From an uncultured virus (IMG/VR IMGVR_UViG_3300027969_000078) (lineage: Duplodnaviria > Heunggongvirae > Uroviricota > Caudoviricetes), in the IMG/VR virus record IMGVR_UViG_3300027969_000078: DNA of 64,000 bases. One strand, given 5' to 3'. Made by a program: the position numbers and the translations under genes. This document shows, in pieces, positions 46,322 to 56,981 of the stretch. Below the pieces are notes generated by a model that saw nothing but the letters and a program-made list of their open reading frames with translations, was not told the origin of the DNA and searched no databases. The number at the start of each line of letters is the position of its first letter. Positions within the stretch are counted from its first letter, which is position 1.

Positions 46322-46749
46322 TATATTGCTCCAATTTCTTTAAGTGCTTCTACTGATTTGGTATTTATATCTTTTGCCTTAGGCATTGTATCAGCGTTGT
46401 AAGGCTTATTCAAAGTCTCACTTGCTGTATATGCTTCCTGTATATGGCGATGTGATGTTCCTGCTGGTTGGATGCCTTGGTCTCTAGCGTCCCTATAGGC
46501 GCTCAACTCAGCAGTCCATTTCTTCTCTGATATGTCTCTTGTTGCATCTCCTGTGCTTAACTGTAAAGACTTAGCCTTACAGCCAAAGCAATCAGGACCA
46601 CAGTTATTGTGGTCTACAAAAACATCATTAGATTTAAATGGTGTTAATGAAGTCTCTTCACATCCTGTACAACCATACGATGCTGGCTTCCAGTTGAAGT
46701 CCTCATCGAACTTAAATTCTAAAACTTTGCTTACGTGCTCATGTCCCAT
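46321..46749 (-). CDS. Zinc-binding hypothetical protein
   Basis: CTGC, H...C...CFGCK, AYRDARDQGIQP. Confidence 0.6.
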   Translation of the reverse strand: MGHEHVSKVLEFKFDEDFNWKPASYGCTGCEETSLTPFKSNDVFVDHNNCGPDCFGCKAKSLQLSTGDATRDISEKKWTAELSAYRDARDQGIQPAGTSHRHIQEAYTASETLNKPYNADTMPKAKDINTKSVEALKEIGAI

Positions 46750-46754
46750 TTGTC

Positions 46755-47027
46755 TTAAACCTCTGTAAAGTTTGCTTCTGTAACATCTACCCCACCAGCA
46801 ATCAGTGCTGCTTTGGTAGCATCGCTTACTTCATAGTTTCTTCCACCACGATATACTTCTTGATATGAGGATAACTCTGAATCTGTAAGATATCTAGCCT
46901 GATAGTACTCACCGTCTTCTTTGACGATGGTAATACCAACATCCAGTTTGTAGAAGTCGAATAGGCGTGAGCCCGTTCCTGATGGTCCTTCTGCTACTGT
47001 TGGTGTTTTAAACATCCAAGTTGCCAT
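46755..47027 (-). CDS. Hypothetical protein downstream of the capsid gene
   Basis: AAGGAGG RBS. Confidence 0.6.
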   Translation of the reverse strand: MATWMFKTPTVAEGPSGTGSRLFDFYKLDVGITIVKEDGEYYQARYLTDSELSSYQEVYRGGRNYEVSDATKAALIAGGVDVTEANFTEV

Positions 47028-47052
47028 TAGTCCTCCTTAGTGAACTTACTCC

Positions 47053-47080
47053 GTGACAGGGAGTTTCCCCCCTGCCACAG
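47053..47080 (-). terminator. Hairpin after the capsid gene
   Basis: On the - strand gtggcagggg...ccctgtcac. Confidence 0.45.
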
Positions 47081-47093
47081 CGTCAATTAACTA

Positions 47094-48281
47094 CTAGAGA
47101 GCAGCGATTGATGAGCCTGTTTCTAGGCGGTAAAGTGCTTCTTCACGGTAGCGTGCAAAGCCGAGTACGCCGTACCAACCCATTGGGCGGAAACGCATCA
47201 ACTTATCTGTTACGTTACCAATTACAACGTGTGGCTCTTCTGCAACAGCCTGAGCCATTGCTTGCTTTCCAGCAACGATTGTATTGAATACGCGAGTAAC
47301 AGGTGTTACTGTGAGTGTAGCAGTTCCGACAGTTCCTGAGTTAGCGACAGACACTGTAAGTGTAGTGTTTGTTGCACCAACTGAGATTGCTGTAATCTTT
47401 GCTGCAGTACCTACGTTAGTTCCAGAGATTTTATCTCCGACCTCAGCGCGGCCACCGAATGCGCCGTTTGCAACGACGATTGTGAACTCTCCAGAAACTC
47501 CGCTTACTGCAGGAGAGGTTGAGAGTGCTGTCTGGTCTGCACCTGACTTAGATGAGTACAAACGTGGTGACTCAACGAAGTATGCACCTTCGTAAGCACC
47601 GATTTCACCAGCCCAGATGTTCTCGTTTGACTGGTAGTTATGTGGGTCACGCCAGCCTGCAGCACCTGTCTCGGCGCGTAGGTCGTGTGATACTTCTGGG
47701 TGGATACCAACCCAGTACATTGAACCCTTGCGGTATGCAGCCTTGTTTGAACGCAACTTAGCGACAGCCTTACGGATGTCTGCTGAGTCGAGTGTTGAAG
47801 CAGCGGCTACTGTTCCTGTTGATGTTGCCGAACCACCGTAGATTACGTTAGTTCCGCCACGAAGGGTTTCCATTGCTACCTTGTCGATTGAATCTGCAAG
47901 GTTGAATGCGATTACGTTTGAAACTGCTGGGTCTACATCTGCAAGAGAGAATAGTTCCAACGCACGTGTCACAAGAACAGAGTTACCGTACTCGTTAAGA
48001 GTAATTGTAACCTGGTCTGGTGTTGACAATGCTACTGCATCTGGGTCAACTGTTTCTGACAATGTGCTTGTTGCTGCTGTTAGGTCAACGTACTTCTGTA
48101 GAACTACTGTTGAACCTGGGATTGATTGCTGTGCTGGAGTCTTGTCTGCGACTGAACGAATAAGTGGTTCGGCGCGGAGTGCGAACTCTAGAAGACGGTC
48201 GTACGCCTTCTGTACAAGACCTGCACCACCAACTGTACCTCCGAGAGAGGTACTTCCTGTGGATGTATATGCATTAGGCAT
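47094..48281 (-). CDS. Major capsid protein (phage B), N4 gp56-like
   Basis: TLSETVDP...LNEYGN...IHPEVSHDL...GEIG...DKLMRF...GWYG. Confidence 0.9.
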   Translation of the reverse strand: MPNAYTSTGSTSLGGTVGGAGLVQKAYDRLLEFALRAEPLIRSVADKTPAQQSIPGSTVVLQKYVDLTAATSTLSETVDPDAVALSTPDQVTITLNEYGNSVLVTRALELFSLADVDPAVSNVIAFNLADSIDKVAMETLRGGTNVIYGGSATSTGTVAAASTLDSADIRKAVAKLRSNKAAYRKGSMYWVGIHPEVSHDLRAETGAAGWRDPHNYQSNENIWAGEIGAYEGAYFVESPRLYSSKSGADQTALSTSPAVSGVSGEFTIVVANGAFGGRAEVGDKISGTNVGTAAKITAISVGATNTTLTVSVANSGTVGTATLTVTPVTRVFNTIVAGKQAMAQAVAEEPHVVIGNVTDKLMRFRPMGWYGVLGFARYREEALYRLETGSSIAAL

Positions 48282-48316
48282 ATGCGGTCACCTCCAAGTG
48301 ACTATGAACGGATAAA

Positions 48317-48799
48317 TTATTGTTGAGAACGAAGTATTGCTAGAATGTCCTCTTCGGATGTTGCTTGGGCCATTCTGTACTCTAAGTCGTTTGCTCGGTC
48401 TGGGCTGACTGCGTTCTGTGTCAGAGCATCCTGGTTGCGCAGTGATGCGCGGTCCTCTTGGCTCATAATAGAACTTTCTTCTGGTGCTTGGCTTAGACCA
48501 AATAAGTCCGCATTGTCATTGAGCCAGTTAGAAACTGAGTCCTCATTGATATCGTCCAAATCCTTCATTACTAAGCGAGCAGCCTTTTGATTGACGCCCT
48601 TCTTTTCTAGTGTAGACTTAACGATTGCCTCACGCTGCGCCTTGGAGAATCCTTCAAGTTGCTCTGTAAGTTCTTTAATACGCTTCTCGTCTGCACGCTT
48701 GGCTTTACGCAACTTTTTAAGTAAGTCGCTTCCATCCATCGGTGCTTCTTCGATTGTATCTAGTTCGTCGTCTTCGTCTTCCCAGTAGTTGTTGCTCAT
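48317..48799 (-). CDS. Scaffolding protein
   Basis: Acidic N-terminus, coiled coil, directly upstream of MCP. Confidence 0.75.
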   Translation of the reverse strand: MSNNYWEDEDDELDTIEEAPMDGSDLLKKLRKAKRADEKRIKELTEQLEGFSKAQREAIVKSTLEKKGVNQKAARLVMKDLDDINEDSVSNWLNDNADLFGLSQAPEESSIMSQEDRASLRNQDALTQNAVSPDRANDLEYRMAQATSEEDILAILRSQQ

Positions 48800-48921
48800 A
48801 GCAACGCCACCCTTCTATTCGTAGTTAGTTCGCAAGCCTCAGGCTCCAATCGGGGAACTGGTCTGGCTCTTGCTGTCGGTCTTATACGCTGACGGGGCCG
48901 ATAGGTCCGTTCAGGATTCTA

Positions 48922-50352
48922 TTATATTGCTCTATCTGCTCTGTTGCGAGAAGCAAGGCTTCGTGAGCCTGCTGCTCCAGAACGACCGCCGTAGCGTGCC
49001 GCTTCCTTCTCTGCTTCTAAGCGAATCTGCTCTTGTGCTGCAACGTTCTTCTCAAAGAGAGATTGCTGCATAGTTGTCTGTGCTTCCTCTGGCGTTACTG
49101 CCTTACCAGTGCTAATTTCAAGTAACTTCTCTAGAGGTCCTCTTCCTAGAGCGACGTTACCGAATTGGGCAAGAGAGGTATCGTAACCGAATCCTCTTGC
49201 TGCATAGTCTGCTGCAAGAGCCTTGGCAATCGTAAGTCCTTGAGACTTGGCTGCTGATAATACAGTTGTTTCTGCAATCTGCTTGGTAAGAGCAGCAGCG
49301 CCTTGCTTGCCCATCAACAAAGCCCTTGCAATAGCAGTTCTATCTGCTCCTGGAGCAATAGTCTCTAAGTCCTTTTTGAGGGCTGCTGGAGCATTGTCGA
49401 TTGCTGCAAACACATCATTAATGAGTGCTGTTGTCTCTGCGACAGATTTACCAGTTCCAAGAACATCTCCGAGGAACTCATTGGTGGCTAAATCTGGAAA
49501 TCCAGCGCGTGTCATAACTTCGCCAAGAGCGAATTGTGATTTGTAAAATTCTGCAATTGTTGGTACTTCAATTGCTTCTCCAGCAAGAGCCTTGTCCTGC
49601 AATGCGTAAACGCCCTTGAATCTTTTTGCAAATGGTGCAAGGTCTGGATTGTTACGTGCATCTTTTAGTGCCAAGTTTAGAGATTCATCAACTGTAGAAC
49701 CAGTCTTATAGTAACCTGATGTTACCTTGTAAAGTACATCAACCCATCCATTGGCAACTTCTTTTTCTCCAAAGAATGTGGCAAGAGTCCTTCTAAAGGT
49801 ATCAATAGCCATTGTTCGCTCTGGCTTTGGCGTTGGCTTTGAGCCATCCTTTGCCAGACCATTAGCATCTACATCTACTGGACCATCTTCTGTCTGAACA
49901 GTTCCAGACTTTATCCAACCAGTTCCAGTACCTGTATCAGTACCAGTACCAGTACCAGCGCCTGTTACTCCAGCAACAACTCCTGCGCCTAAACCACCTT
50001 GCGGTCCAACGGATGATGCAGAATCTGTTGTTGATGTAGTAGATTTAGGTGCTACTGGTCCAACAAATCCTGGCTCTCCTGGTTTAATTGCTGGAGTTGG
50101 CATAGTTACAGATGGGGTGAATCCTGGGATAACTCCAGAGGTAGGCGCTACTGGCGCTGTTACCTTAGGGGCTGGTGTCGCTGCTGGTGCTGCTGCCTTT
50201 GGGGCAGGAACATTAAGAACCTGTCCTGGTTTAATAAGACTTGGGTTGGCAATCTGTGGGTTAGCAGCCTTCATTGCTGCAAGAGATACTCCTGCTTTAG
50301 CAGCAAGAGCGCTCATGTTATCGCCAGGCTTTACCTTTACTGTATCTGCCAT
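48922..50352 (-). CDS. LysM-domain internal virion protein
   Basis: VKPGDNMSALA...ANPQIANPSLIKPGQVLNVP. Confidence 0.75.
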   Translation of the reverse strand: MADTVKVKPGDNMSALAAKAGVSLAAMKAANPQIANPSLIKPGQVLNVPAPKAAAPAATPAPKVTAPVAPTSGVIPGFTPSVTMPTPAIKPGEPGFVGPVAPKSTTSTTDSASSVGPQGGLGAGVVAGVTGAGTGTGTDTGTGTGWIKSGTVQTEDGPVDVDANGLAKDGSKPTPKPERTMAIDTFRRTLATFFGEKEVANGWVDVLYKVTSGYYKTGSTVDESLNLALKDARNNPDLAPFAKRFKGVYALQDKALAGEAIEVPTIAEFYKSQFALGEVMTRAGFPDLATNEFLGDVLGTGKSVAETTALINDVFAAIDNAPAALKKDLETIAPGADRTAIARALLMGKQGAAALTKQIAETTVLSAAKSQGLTIAKALAADYAARGFGYDTSLAQFGNVALGRGPLEKLLEISTGKAVTPEEAQTTMQQSLFEKNVAAQEQIRLEAEKEAARYGGRSGAAGSRSLASRNRADRAI

Positions 50353-51290
50353 TATAGACCTGCTCCCATTGCTCTAAGAAGCCCTACGGCTGCATCGCGT
50401 GCATCTTCGTTAGCCTTCTCGGTAAGTTCATACTGAGGGTCGTTCTTAGCCTTTAGTAGCAAATCATAGTATGATGGTTGCTTACCCTTGCCGTCTGGAC
50501 CAGCATAGTTAAGATATGACATTACAAGCGGATTGTCCATGCCAATTTCCTTCTGGTCTTTTTGCCATGTTGTTGCCAACATTTTAATAACAGGGGTTGC
50601 AATATCGTAAGTTGTAAGTTCTGGGTCTAGGGCAAAACGCTCAGCAAATTGTGGATATTCCTTCTTTGCAATCTGCTGTAGTTCTACTGTGTACTGCTTG
50701 ATGTCCTTCTTGCCCATTGCAATCTGCTTTGCAGCAACACGCATATCAGCATCTGAGACACCTAGAAGTTGGAACTTATCTACAATTCCACGCACCTGTG
50801 CAAGCACATCTAGTTGTTTAGCGCCAAGAGCGCCTTCATTTTTGAAGTCAATCTTTGTGAAGATAAAATCTTTAGCAAAATCTAAAGGCTTGAAGAATGA
50901 TGGGTATTCTTGTCGAGCAGTAGATTCAAAGACCTTCTTAAGAGCATCTTCTGTAGCGCCAGGAGTAATCTTGGTTCTAGAGGATTCAACGATTTTTTCA
51001 ATCTGTGCGTTCTGATTTTTCTCAAACTTCTTCATGAAGTCTTCAATATCGGCCTTACTTAACTGGCCAGCAAAACCCACTTCTTGCATTGCATCTTCAA
51101 GCATTGCTTTTGCACTATTAAATGTTAATCTGGTAACGTTAGTTCTAGATGTTGTTTGACTTGTATCTGTCGGTCCACCGCTACCTTGACCCATTAGTTG
51201 CGCCAAAAATGGTGCGATACTCGCTAATAGTGCAGCGTCCTGTGCATCCTGATTGGGAGTCACTGTTGCTGTTGTTGTCTCTTCACCCAT
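50352..51290 (-). CDS. Putative internal virion/ejection protein
   Basis: Helical; lies between the large virion genes. Confidence 0.5.
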   Translation of the reverse strand: MGEETTTATVTPNQDAQDAALLASIAPFLAQLMGQGSGGPTDTSQTTSRTNVTRLTFNSAKAMLEDAMQEVGFAGQLSKADIEDFMKKFEKNQNAQIEKIVESSRTKITPGATEDALKKVFESTARQEYPSFFKPLDFAKDFIFTKIDFKNEGALGAKQLDVLAQVRGIVDKFQLLGVSDADMRVAAKQIAMGKKDIKQYTVELQQIAKKEYPQFAERFALDPELTTYDIATPVIKMLATTWQKDQKEIGMDNPLVMSYLNYAGPDGKGKQPSYYDLLLKAKNDPQYELTEKANEDARDAAVGLLRAMGAGL

Positions 51291-54200
51291 TATCCAACCG
51301 CCTTTAGTGAGTCATTGTCAAAGTATTGTGTAATTATTGTTTCTAGATTTGGGTCCCACTGCTTAGCATTCTGAGCAACCCATTGGTTGTATCCATCACG
51401 GATGATTGCCTTGCGTGAGTCATAATCTGGAAGTGACTGGTACAGTGTGCTAAAGATATCTCTTGCCTTCATAAATAGACGAGCATCTTTCCAGAACTGC
51501 ACATCTTGACGGGCAGTCATGAACTTCTCATCTGTAGTGATAGCCTTGAACGCTCTAGCATACTTATATGATGTATCGCCACTTGCAGCAAGTTGGTACT
51601 CGTCGTACCATGCTTGGCTCTGGTCTTTAAAGGTTGTCTCAACTAGTTGGTCAAGAACGCCCTTTAGTTGTGGATGAGCACGTAGTGTTCTACCATCGGT
51701 AATCTTAGCCTCTAGCGCATCACGAACAAGGTTATAGTTGTTCCAAGTGCGTTGCTTCATGCGTTCACGTTCAACCTCTTGTGGGGTTAACTTGAAGTCA
51801 TTAAGACGCTTACTTGTACCTGGGAGAGTCAAGTTAGGGTCGCTCAAGAGATTGAGTATGTTAGTGGACTTCTCATCTTGAGTTCTAGGTAGGTCTGCTG
51901 TAAGCAACCCAACTAATCCAATATCAGACTTATCAATTGCTGCAAGAGCACCAACCAGGTCATCGTTGTCCTTGAAGACTCGCTTATAGGCTTCATAACT
52001 TGCAGGAATATTGAGTTCCTTATTCGAGCCAGTAAAGGTTACTCGGTCAACCATAAAGTTGGGACCAAGTAGTGCTATCATCTCGTCTCCAGCAAGGTCG
52101 CGTGCTTCCTGCTCGCCTTTACCTTCTGCAACGTACTTATCCTTAAGTTTGTAGAACAAGTTAGTGGTTCCACGCATAGGGTTAGTTTCTACCTTGTATG
52201 GTACACCAAAGATTGAAGAGAAGCCTGAGATGAACTTTTCAGCCCAAAGAGTTTTTACTTCTTTAAGAATTGTAGCATCTGATGGGAACTTCTTTTCAAT
52301 GCCCAATTCAACTAACATCTTGTGATAGTTATAAACTGAACGCCATGAAGAAAGATAGTCTGCCTTGCCTTGAGGGCCAGTGCCAGCATTGAATAGTGCG
52401 TTTGCCCAAGGTGGTGTCAACTGCTTTGTAATTGATGTAGGAGCACCATATGGGAAGATTACAGAATACCAGTCCGTTCCATTAATGTTAAGAGCCTCTT
52501 TGATACCGTCTTCTGTACCAGGAAACTCTTGCATTATCTTACCAACTGATAGCGCAGATATGAATGATGGTGATGGTTGGTTTAGTAGGAATCCAAGAGA
52601 CTTAGCGTTTAGTGCAATTCCTTCATCCATATAGCCCATACCCATGTCACCAGTACCAGGAAGAATCAAGTGTGTGATATCTTCGATGTTCTTGGTTGGG
52701 TTACCATTCTCATCTACGCCAAATGTTTGGAATGTTCTTCCATAGTTATTTACAAACTGTGCTGTTCTAACTGGATTATTTGCAGCCAGTCTTCCATAGC
52801 GATAGAAAGCGTTAACTGTTGCAGTTGGGAATGCTACGGCAAAGCGTGCATTGTGCAATAGTCGATTCTGGCGACGAATGGTGTACACAGTCTTCTCGAG
52901 TTCCTGGATTGCTTCACGACCAGCAGACTGGCGTAGAGCGTTCCATCGAGCAGGTGTCATCTCGATACCTTGTGATACAAGATATTCAGCCTTACGTGCC
53001 ATTGCATCAATTGCAACATCATCAAAGAATGCGTTACGGATTGGGTTTTCAGCCCGTGCCATACCTCTAAATATTCTTGCAGAGAAGTTATTAACTGCGT
53101 TGCTTAGGCTTTCGTAAGCGTTTGCTCCACCAATGTTGGCTGCTCCATAATTAAAGTTGCCAGGAACAATATCGTAAAGTTCATCAGTGTAGTTAGCAAG
53201 CATGGTCTGTAGTTCTTGACCAGTCACTTCACGGTTCAGAATTGCTGCACGTGCCTCATATGATGGGAATGTGCGATTTACTAACGCAACCTTATCCGCA
53301 AGATATGAGTTAACCTGTGAAGTATCTGTGATATCAAAAGCGCGTAGGTATCTAATACCAGCATCTGATACTGCCCACTTTTTCAACTGAGCCATTGATG
53401 TGTTAGCCAAGATGAGGTCCATAAGTGGGTCCCCACGCATTACACGGTTGGCAATGTATGTCAGTTCTTCAAAGTATAATGGGTCAGAGATTCTTATAAT
53501 ATCCATTGGAACCTTGCGCTCTACAAGAGACTTGCGAGTTCCTGTAGATAGTTCGCCAAGGAAGTTAAGGTCTGCAGTTCGTGCGTTGCTTACTTCTGCG
53601 CGAATTGCTGCGCTAAAGTTCTTGTCACCAGTTACGAAAGAATCAATAGATACGTATTCGCCATTAACCATGCGATACTGTGTTTCTTTTCCAAACCAGC
53701 GCTTCTTAAACTTAGCACTCTTGCCCCATACGTCAGCCTGGTCTTTAAGTGCTGTACCAAGTTCGCTGAGAACGTTATCTACGCTCTGGTATGCTGCTGC
53801 AACTGCATTATCTGCTGCAATAATTTCTTTTTTATTTGTAGTAAGTTTATTGATAGTTCTACGGTAGTTAGCAACAGCCTTCTTAGCCTTTGCAATCTCG
53901 CTAGCAGTTGCTGCAGAAGGTGCTTTAGCCTCAAGGAATGCTACACGGCGCTCTAGTGTGGTTACGCTAGGGATAGCCTCTTTAATACCAAGTGGCTTAA
54001 CTGCTGCGCGTAGGCTGAGTTCTGCTTCATCTAGTAGCCCTGATGCAACCTTGAGTTGCTCACGTGCTGCTGCAAGATGCTGTGCCTTTGTTCCTGGAGA
54101 TGTTCTACCAGATAGCAAATCTTCTAGTGATGCCTGAGCATCATCCTTGATTGCAGATAGGCGAGCATATTCAGACTTCTTGAACTCTACTGCCTTATTG

Positions 54201-56299
54201 ACAGCCTTGCGTTCGCTTCTATTTTTGATTTTAGAAAGTTTACCTAATGACCAGTTACCGCTATTACGCAAAGCATTTAGGCCAATATATGCTACATCGT
54301 TCCACAGGAATGACATACCCTGAGCAACTGTTGTACTAACAATAGGCTCACCAATTGACTGCTTGATGATGTACATTGGGCGTACTAGAACATCGAATGT
54401 CCATAAACGGTTAAGGTCGCGGAATACTTGAGCACCAAGGTCTGCTGTTGCTTTCGCTCCAGCCTTTATAGCACTCTTCTCGGTTGCTCTAATGAATTGT
54501 CCTTCAATAGCATCCCAAGGAGTAAAGCGATATGACTCAGTCATCTGACGGATAGTCTGTGGGTCTACAAGAATCTGTGCGCCATCATGGCCAATACCAA
54601 AGCCATTCTGCTTTACAGAGTCAATACCACGATTTACGTTACCACGAAATGCTGAGATGTGTGCGCTAATCTCTCTAGAATCATAGATTCCAGCCTTGTA
54701 TGCAAGCATACGACCGATAGCGTCATCAATCTTATCAAGTACCTCTACCTCGTTCTTGCCGAGGGAGCGCATGTACATATCTTCAAATTCTCTGCGAACG
54801 TCAGCAACTTTACGCTCTACGCTAGGTGATACCTTAATCGTGGCATCGCCATCACGGAATAACTTTATGTTATTCAAGAATGCGTTGAGTTCTATGCGAC
54901 CGTCGAGTGGACGTACGCCAGAGAATGTAACAAAGCCTAGTGGCTTATACTGTGCTTGACGTGTACCAAACTTAACTAACTTGACAGAGATTCTAGCAGC
55001 GCCTTTTCCTAGGCTTGTTTCAAAGATATCTGCAAAGTTATCAAATTCGCGTGAGGCGCTTGCAGAACGTACTGCTCTAATCTTTTCGCCAGCAGCAATT
55101 ACTGCACCCTTGCCTACGATTGGCTCGCGTGGCATGAATGATTTGCCGCCAGGAGTTAGGTTGTAATCTGGGTCAAAGAAGGCATCACGAATCTTTACAA
55201 ATTGTGGGTTGCTCTTGATTGCTGCATCGAATGCTGACTTTAGGCGTGGAACTGCTGGGCCTTCTGGAATGTAGGTCTTGCCAGTTTGTAGGAACTTTGA
55301 CTGCAATACTGCAGATGTTCCTGACATATCAAACAACTTATCTGGCGCTGTTTCAGCCAAGCGTCCAAGCGCTGCAAGGTTACCCTTATCTGCAAGCAAA
55401 AGGTCTTTTACTGCATCAGCATCTGTTGCTTCATGAATGAGTGGAATAAGTTTATCGTTAGTGCTATACTTAGACACTAGGTTGGTGATTAGTCCCCAGT
55501 CCTTGCTTTCAGCAAGAACAACTGCATGGTTGCCAGAGACTGTTTGTGAGCCAACTGTACCATTGCTTTTGGCGTACTGAATACCAGTTTCCATGTCATT
55601 AGCAAGTTGGTCGACTGTCTTTGTCTTAGTGTATATGCCAGCCTTGGTTAATCCAACCTTTGCTGGAACTGTTACTGCTCGACCAACGCCACCAAGGGCT
55701 GCTGTGCCAACAACAAAGTCACCCAAACCAGTAAACCAACGACCTACAGCATTGTCGACAAAGTTCTTCTTAATGCTTTCATCATTCCAAAGGTCAACCT
55801 CATTGAGGTCGATATTATTGGTAGATAGAACCATCTTAGACAATGGTGTTAGTCCAGGGACTAATTCAGACTTAATAAGTGCTTGGAACTGTGATACCTT
55901 TGCGCTGCGGTCATAAGCAGCCTTGATATCCTTGAATTGAAAGCCTTCTTCGTACTCGCCCTTTTTGTAGAGTGGTGAGTTAACGTCGTTTAGTAATCCA
56001 ATTGTAGAAATTGGGCGAAAGATGTAGGGAGAGATTACTTCTTCGTTGAGTTTAACTGCACCCTGGAGAAGTTTATCTGCAACACCCTTTGTAGCCTTCT
56101 TAACGCCACCATAAAGACCAGCATCTGGCACTTTTGTAAGTCCAGCATCAATTCCTGCTAGAGCACCCTTTACTGTATCGTAAAGAACCTGCTCTTTTTC
56201 TTGCTCTTCCTTACTAAGATACGCGCCACCGCCTGTGGCTCTTTTAAGAGCGGTAGGAATTGCTGCAACGGAACTGATGAAATCATTCCACCATGCCAT
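51290..56299 (-). CDS. Large internal virion/ejection protein (1669 aa)
   Basis: Size, helical composition and position in a podovirus head module. Confidence 0.6.
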   Translation of the reverse strand: MAWWNDFISSVAAIPTALKRATGGGAYLSKEEQEKEQVLYDTVKGALAGIDAGLTKVPDAGLYGGVKKATKGVADKLLQGAVKLNEEVISPYIFRPISTIGLLNDVNSPLYKKGEYEEGFQFKDIKAAYDRSAKVSQFQALIKSELVPGLTPLSKMVLSTNNIDLNEVDLWNDESIKKNFVDNAVGRWFTGLGDFVVGTAALGGVGRAVTVPAKVGLTKAGIYTKTKTVDQLANDMETGIQYAKSNGTVGSQTVSGNHAVVLAESKDWGLITNLVSKYSTNDKLIPLIHEATDADAVKDLLLADKGNLAALGRLAETAPDKLFDMSGTSAVLQSKFLQTGKTYIPEGPAVPRLKSAFDAAIKSNPQFVKIRDAFFDPDYNLTPGGKSFMPREPIVGKGAVIAAGEKIRAVRSASASREFDNFADIFETSLGKGAARISVKLVKFGTRQAQYKPLGFVTFSGVRPLDGRIELNAFLNNIKLFRDGDATIKVSPSVERKVADVRREFEDMYMRSLGKNEVEVLDKIDDAIGRMLAYKAGIYDSREISAHISAFRGNVNRGIDSVKQNGFGIGHDGAQILVDPQTIRQMTESYRFTPWDAIEGQFIRATEKSAIKAGAKATADLGAQVFRDLNRLWTFDVLVRPMYIIKQSIGEPIVSTTVAQGMSFLWNDVAYIGLNALRNSGNWSLGKLSKIKNRSERKAVNKAVEFKKSEYARLSAIKDDAQASLEDLLSGRTSPGTKAQHLAAAREQLKVASGLLDEAELSLRAAVKPLGIKEAIPSVTTLERRVAFLEAKAPSAATASEIAKAKKAVANYRRTINKLTTNKKEIIAADNAVAAAYQSVDNVLSELGTALKDQADVWGKSAKFKKRWFGKETQYRMVNGEYVSIDSFVTGDKNFSAAIRAEVSNARTADLNFLGELSTGTRKSLVERKVPMDIIRISDPLYFEELTYIANRVMRGDPLMDLILANTSMAQLKKWAVSDAGIRYLRAFDITDTSQVNSYLADKVALVNRTFPSYEARAAILNREVTGQELQTMLANYTDELYDIVPGNFNYGAANIGGANAYESLSNAVNNFSARIFRGMARAENPIRNAFFDDVAIDAMARKAEYLVSQGIEMTPARWNALRQSAGREAIQELEKTVYTIRRQNRLLHNARFAVAFPTATVNAFYRYGRLAANNPVRTAQFVNNYGRTFQTFGVDENGNPTKNIEDITHLILPGTGDMGMGYMDEGIALNAKSLGFLLNQPSPSFISALSVGKIMQEFPGTEDGIKEALNINGTDWYSVIFPYGAPTSITKQLTPPWANALFNAGTGPQGKADYLSSWRSVYNYHKMLVELGIEKKFPSDATILKEVKTLWAEKFISGFSSIFGVPYKVETNPMRGTTNLFYKLKDKYVAEGKGEQEARDLAGDEMIALLGPNFMVDRVTFTGSNKELNIPASYEAYKRVFKDNDDLVGALAAIDKSDIGLVGLLTADLPRTQDEKSTNILNLLSDPNLTLPGTSKRLNDFKLTPQEVERERMKQRTWNNYNLVRDALEAKITDGRTLRAHPQLKGVLDQLVETTFKDQSQAWYDEYQLAASGDTSYKYARAFKAITTDEKFMTARQDVQFWKDARLFMKARDIFSTLYQSLPDYDSRKAIIRDGYNQWVAQNAKQWDPNLETIITQYFDNDSLKAVG

Positions 56300-56308
56300 T
56301 TCTACCCC

Positions 56309-56518
56309 CTAGAAGTCTCGTTTAATATACAGTTTTTCGTTTCCACCTTTTACATCATCCTGAGTGACTCCCATAATGAATGCATCACGGTCTTCTACGG
56401 ACTTCCAAGGTATCATAGCAAGTTCAAATACTATTCCTGCGTTCTGATAACCAAGTGAACTAGCAAACTTATCTACGTTATCAAAAAAACTACCAGGCAA
56501 AAATGTCAAATCTGCCAT
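56309..56518 (-). CDS. Hypothetical protein
   Basis: Coupled ORF. Confidence 0.55.
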   Translation of the reverse strand: MADLTFLPGSFFDNVDKFASSLGYQNAGIVFELAMIPWKSVEDRDAFIMGVTQDDVKGGNEKLYIKRDF

Positions 56519-56973
56519 TATCGAGCCATTAAGTAGTTAACAAATCGTTTAAATGAATCTGGAGCGTCCTTAGAACGCGCAGCAATTACCAATTCTGGTA
56601 GATATTGCTTAGCAATTAGAGTATTCTCATCTGGACGTGTATTATTCTGGAACTGTGATGGCAAAGCCTCTGAACCAGGACCAGGACCAAAGTCTACACC
56701 TGCTGTAATAGGCTCTGCTGGACGCGCAGTTGGGTCCATAAGTGTTCCAAGTTGAGGAAAGTTCATTCCGCCGTATGTTGGGTCTGGAGCAGGTGCTGAT
56801 GCCTTAACTGAACTCACTGCTTGGTTTCCCTCTACGCGTTGATTATTGACTTGCTGATTTTGTCCGTAAGCGAAACCAGTATAGTTTCCACTTTGACCAG
56901 CGCCACCTGTACCTGAAACGTTAGCAGGATTATATTGTGGGCCACCATTGGCTCCGCCACGATTTTCTGCCAT
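56518..56973 (-). CDS. Hypothetical virion-module protein
   Basis: PTARPAEPITAG...GPGPG; GGAGG RBS. Confidence 0.6.
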   Translation of the reverse strand: MAENRGGANGGPQYNPANVSGTGGAGQSGNYTGFAYGQNQQVNNQRVEGNQAVSSVKASAPAPDPTYGGMNFPQLGTLMDPTARPAEPITAGVDFGPGPGSEALPSQFQNNTRPDENTLIAKQYLPELVIAARSKDAPDSFKRFVNYLMAR

Positions 56974-56981
56974 TGTTCCTC

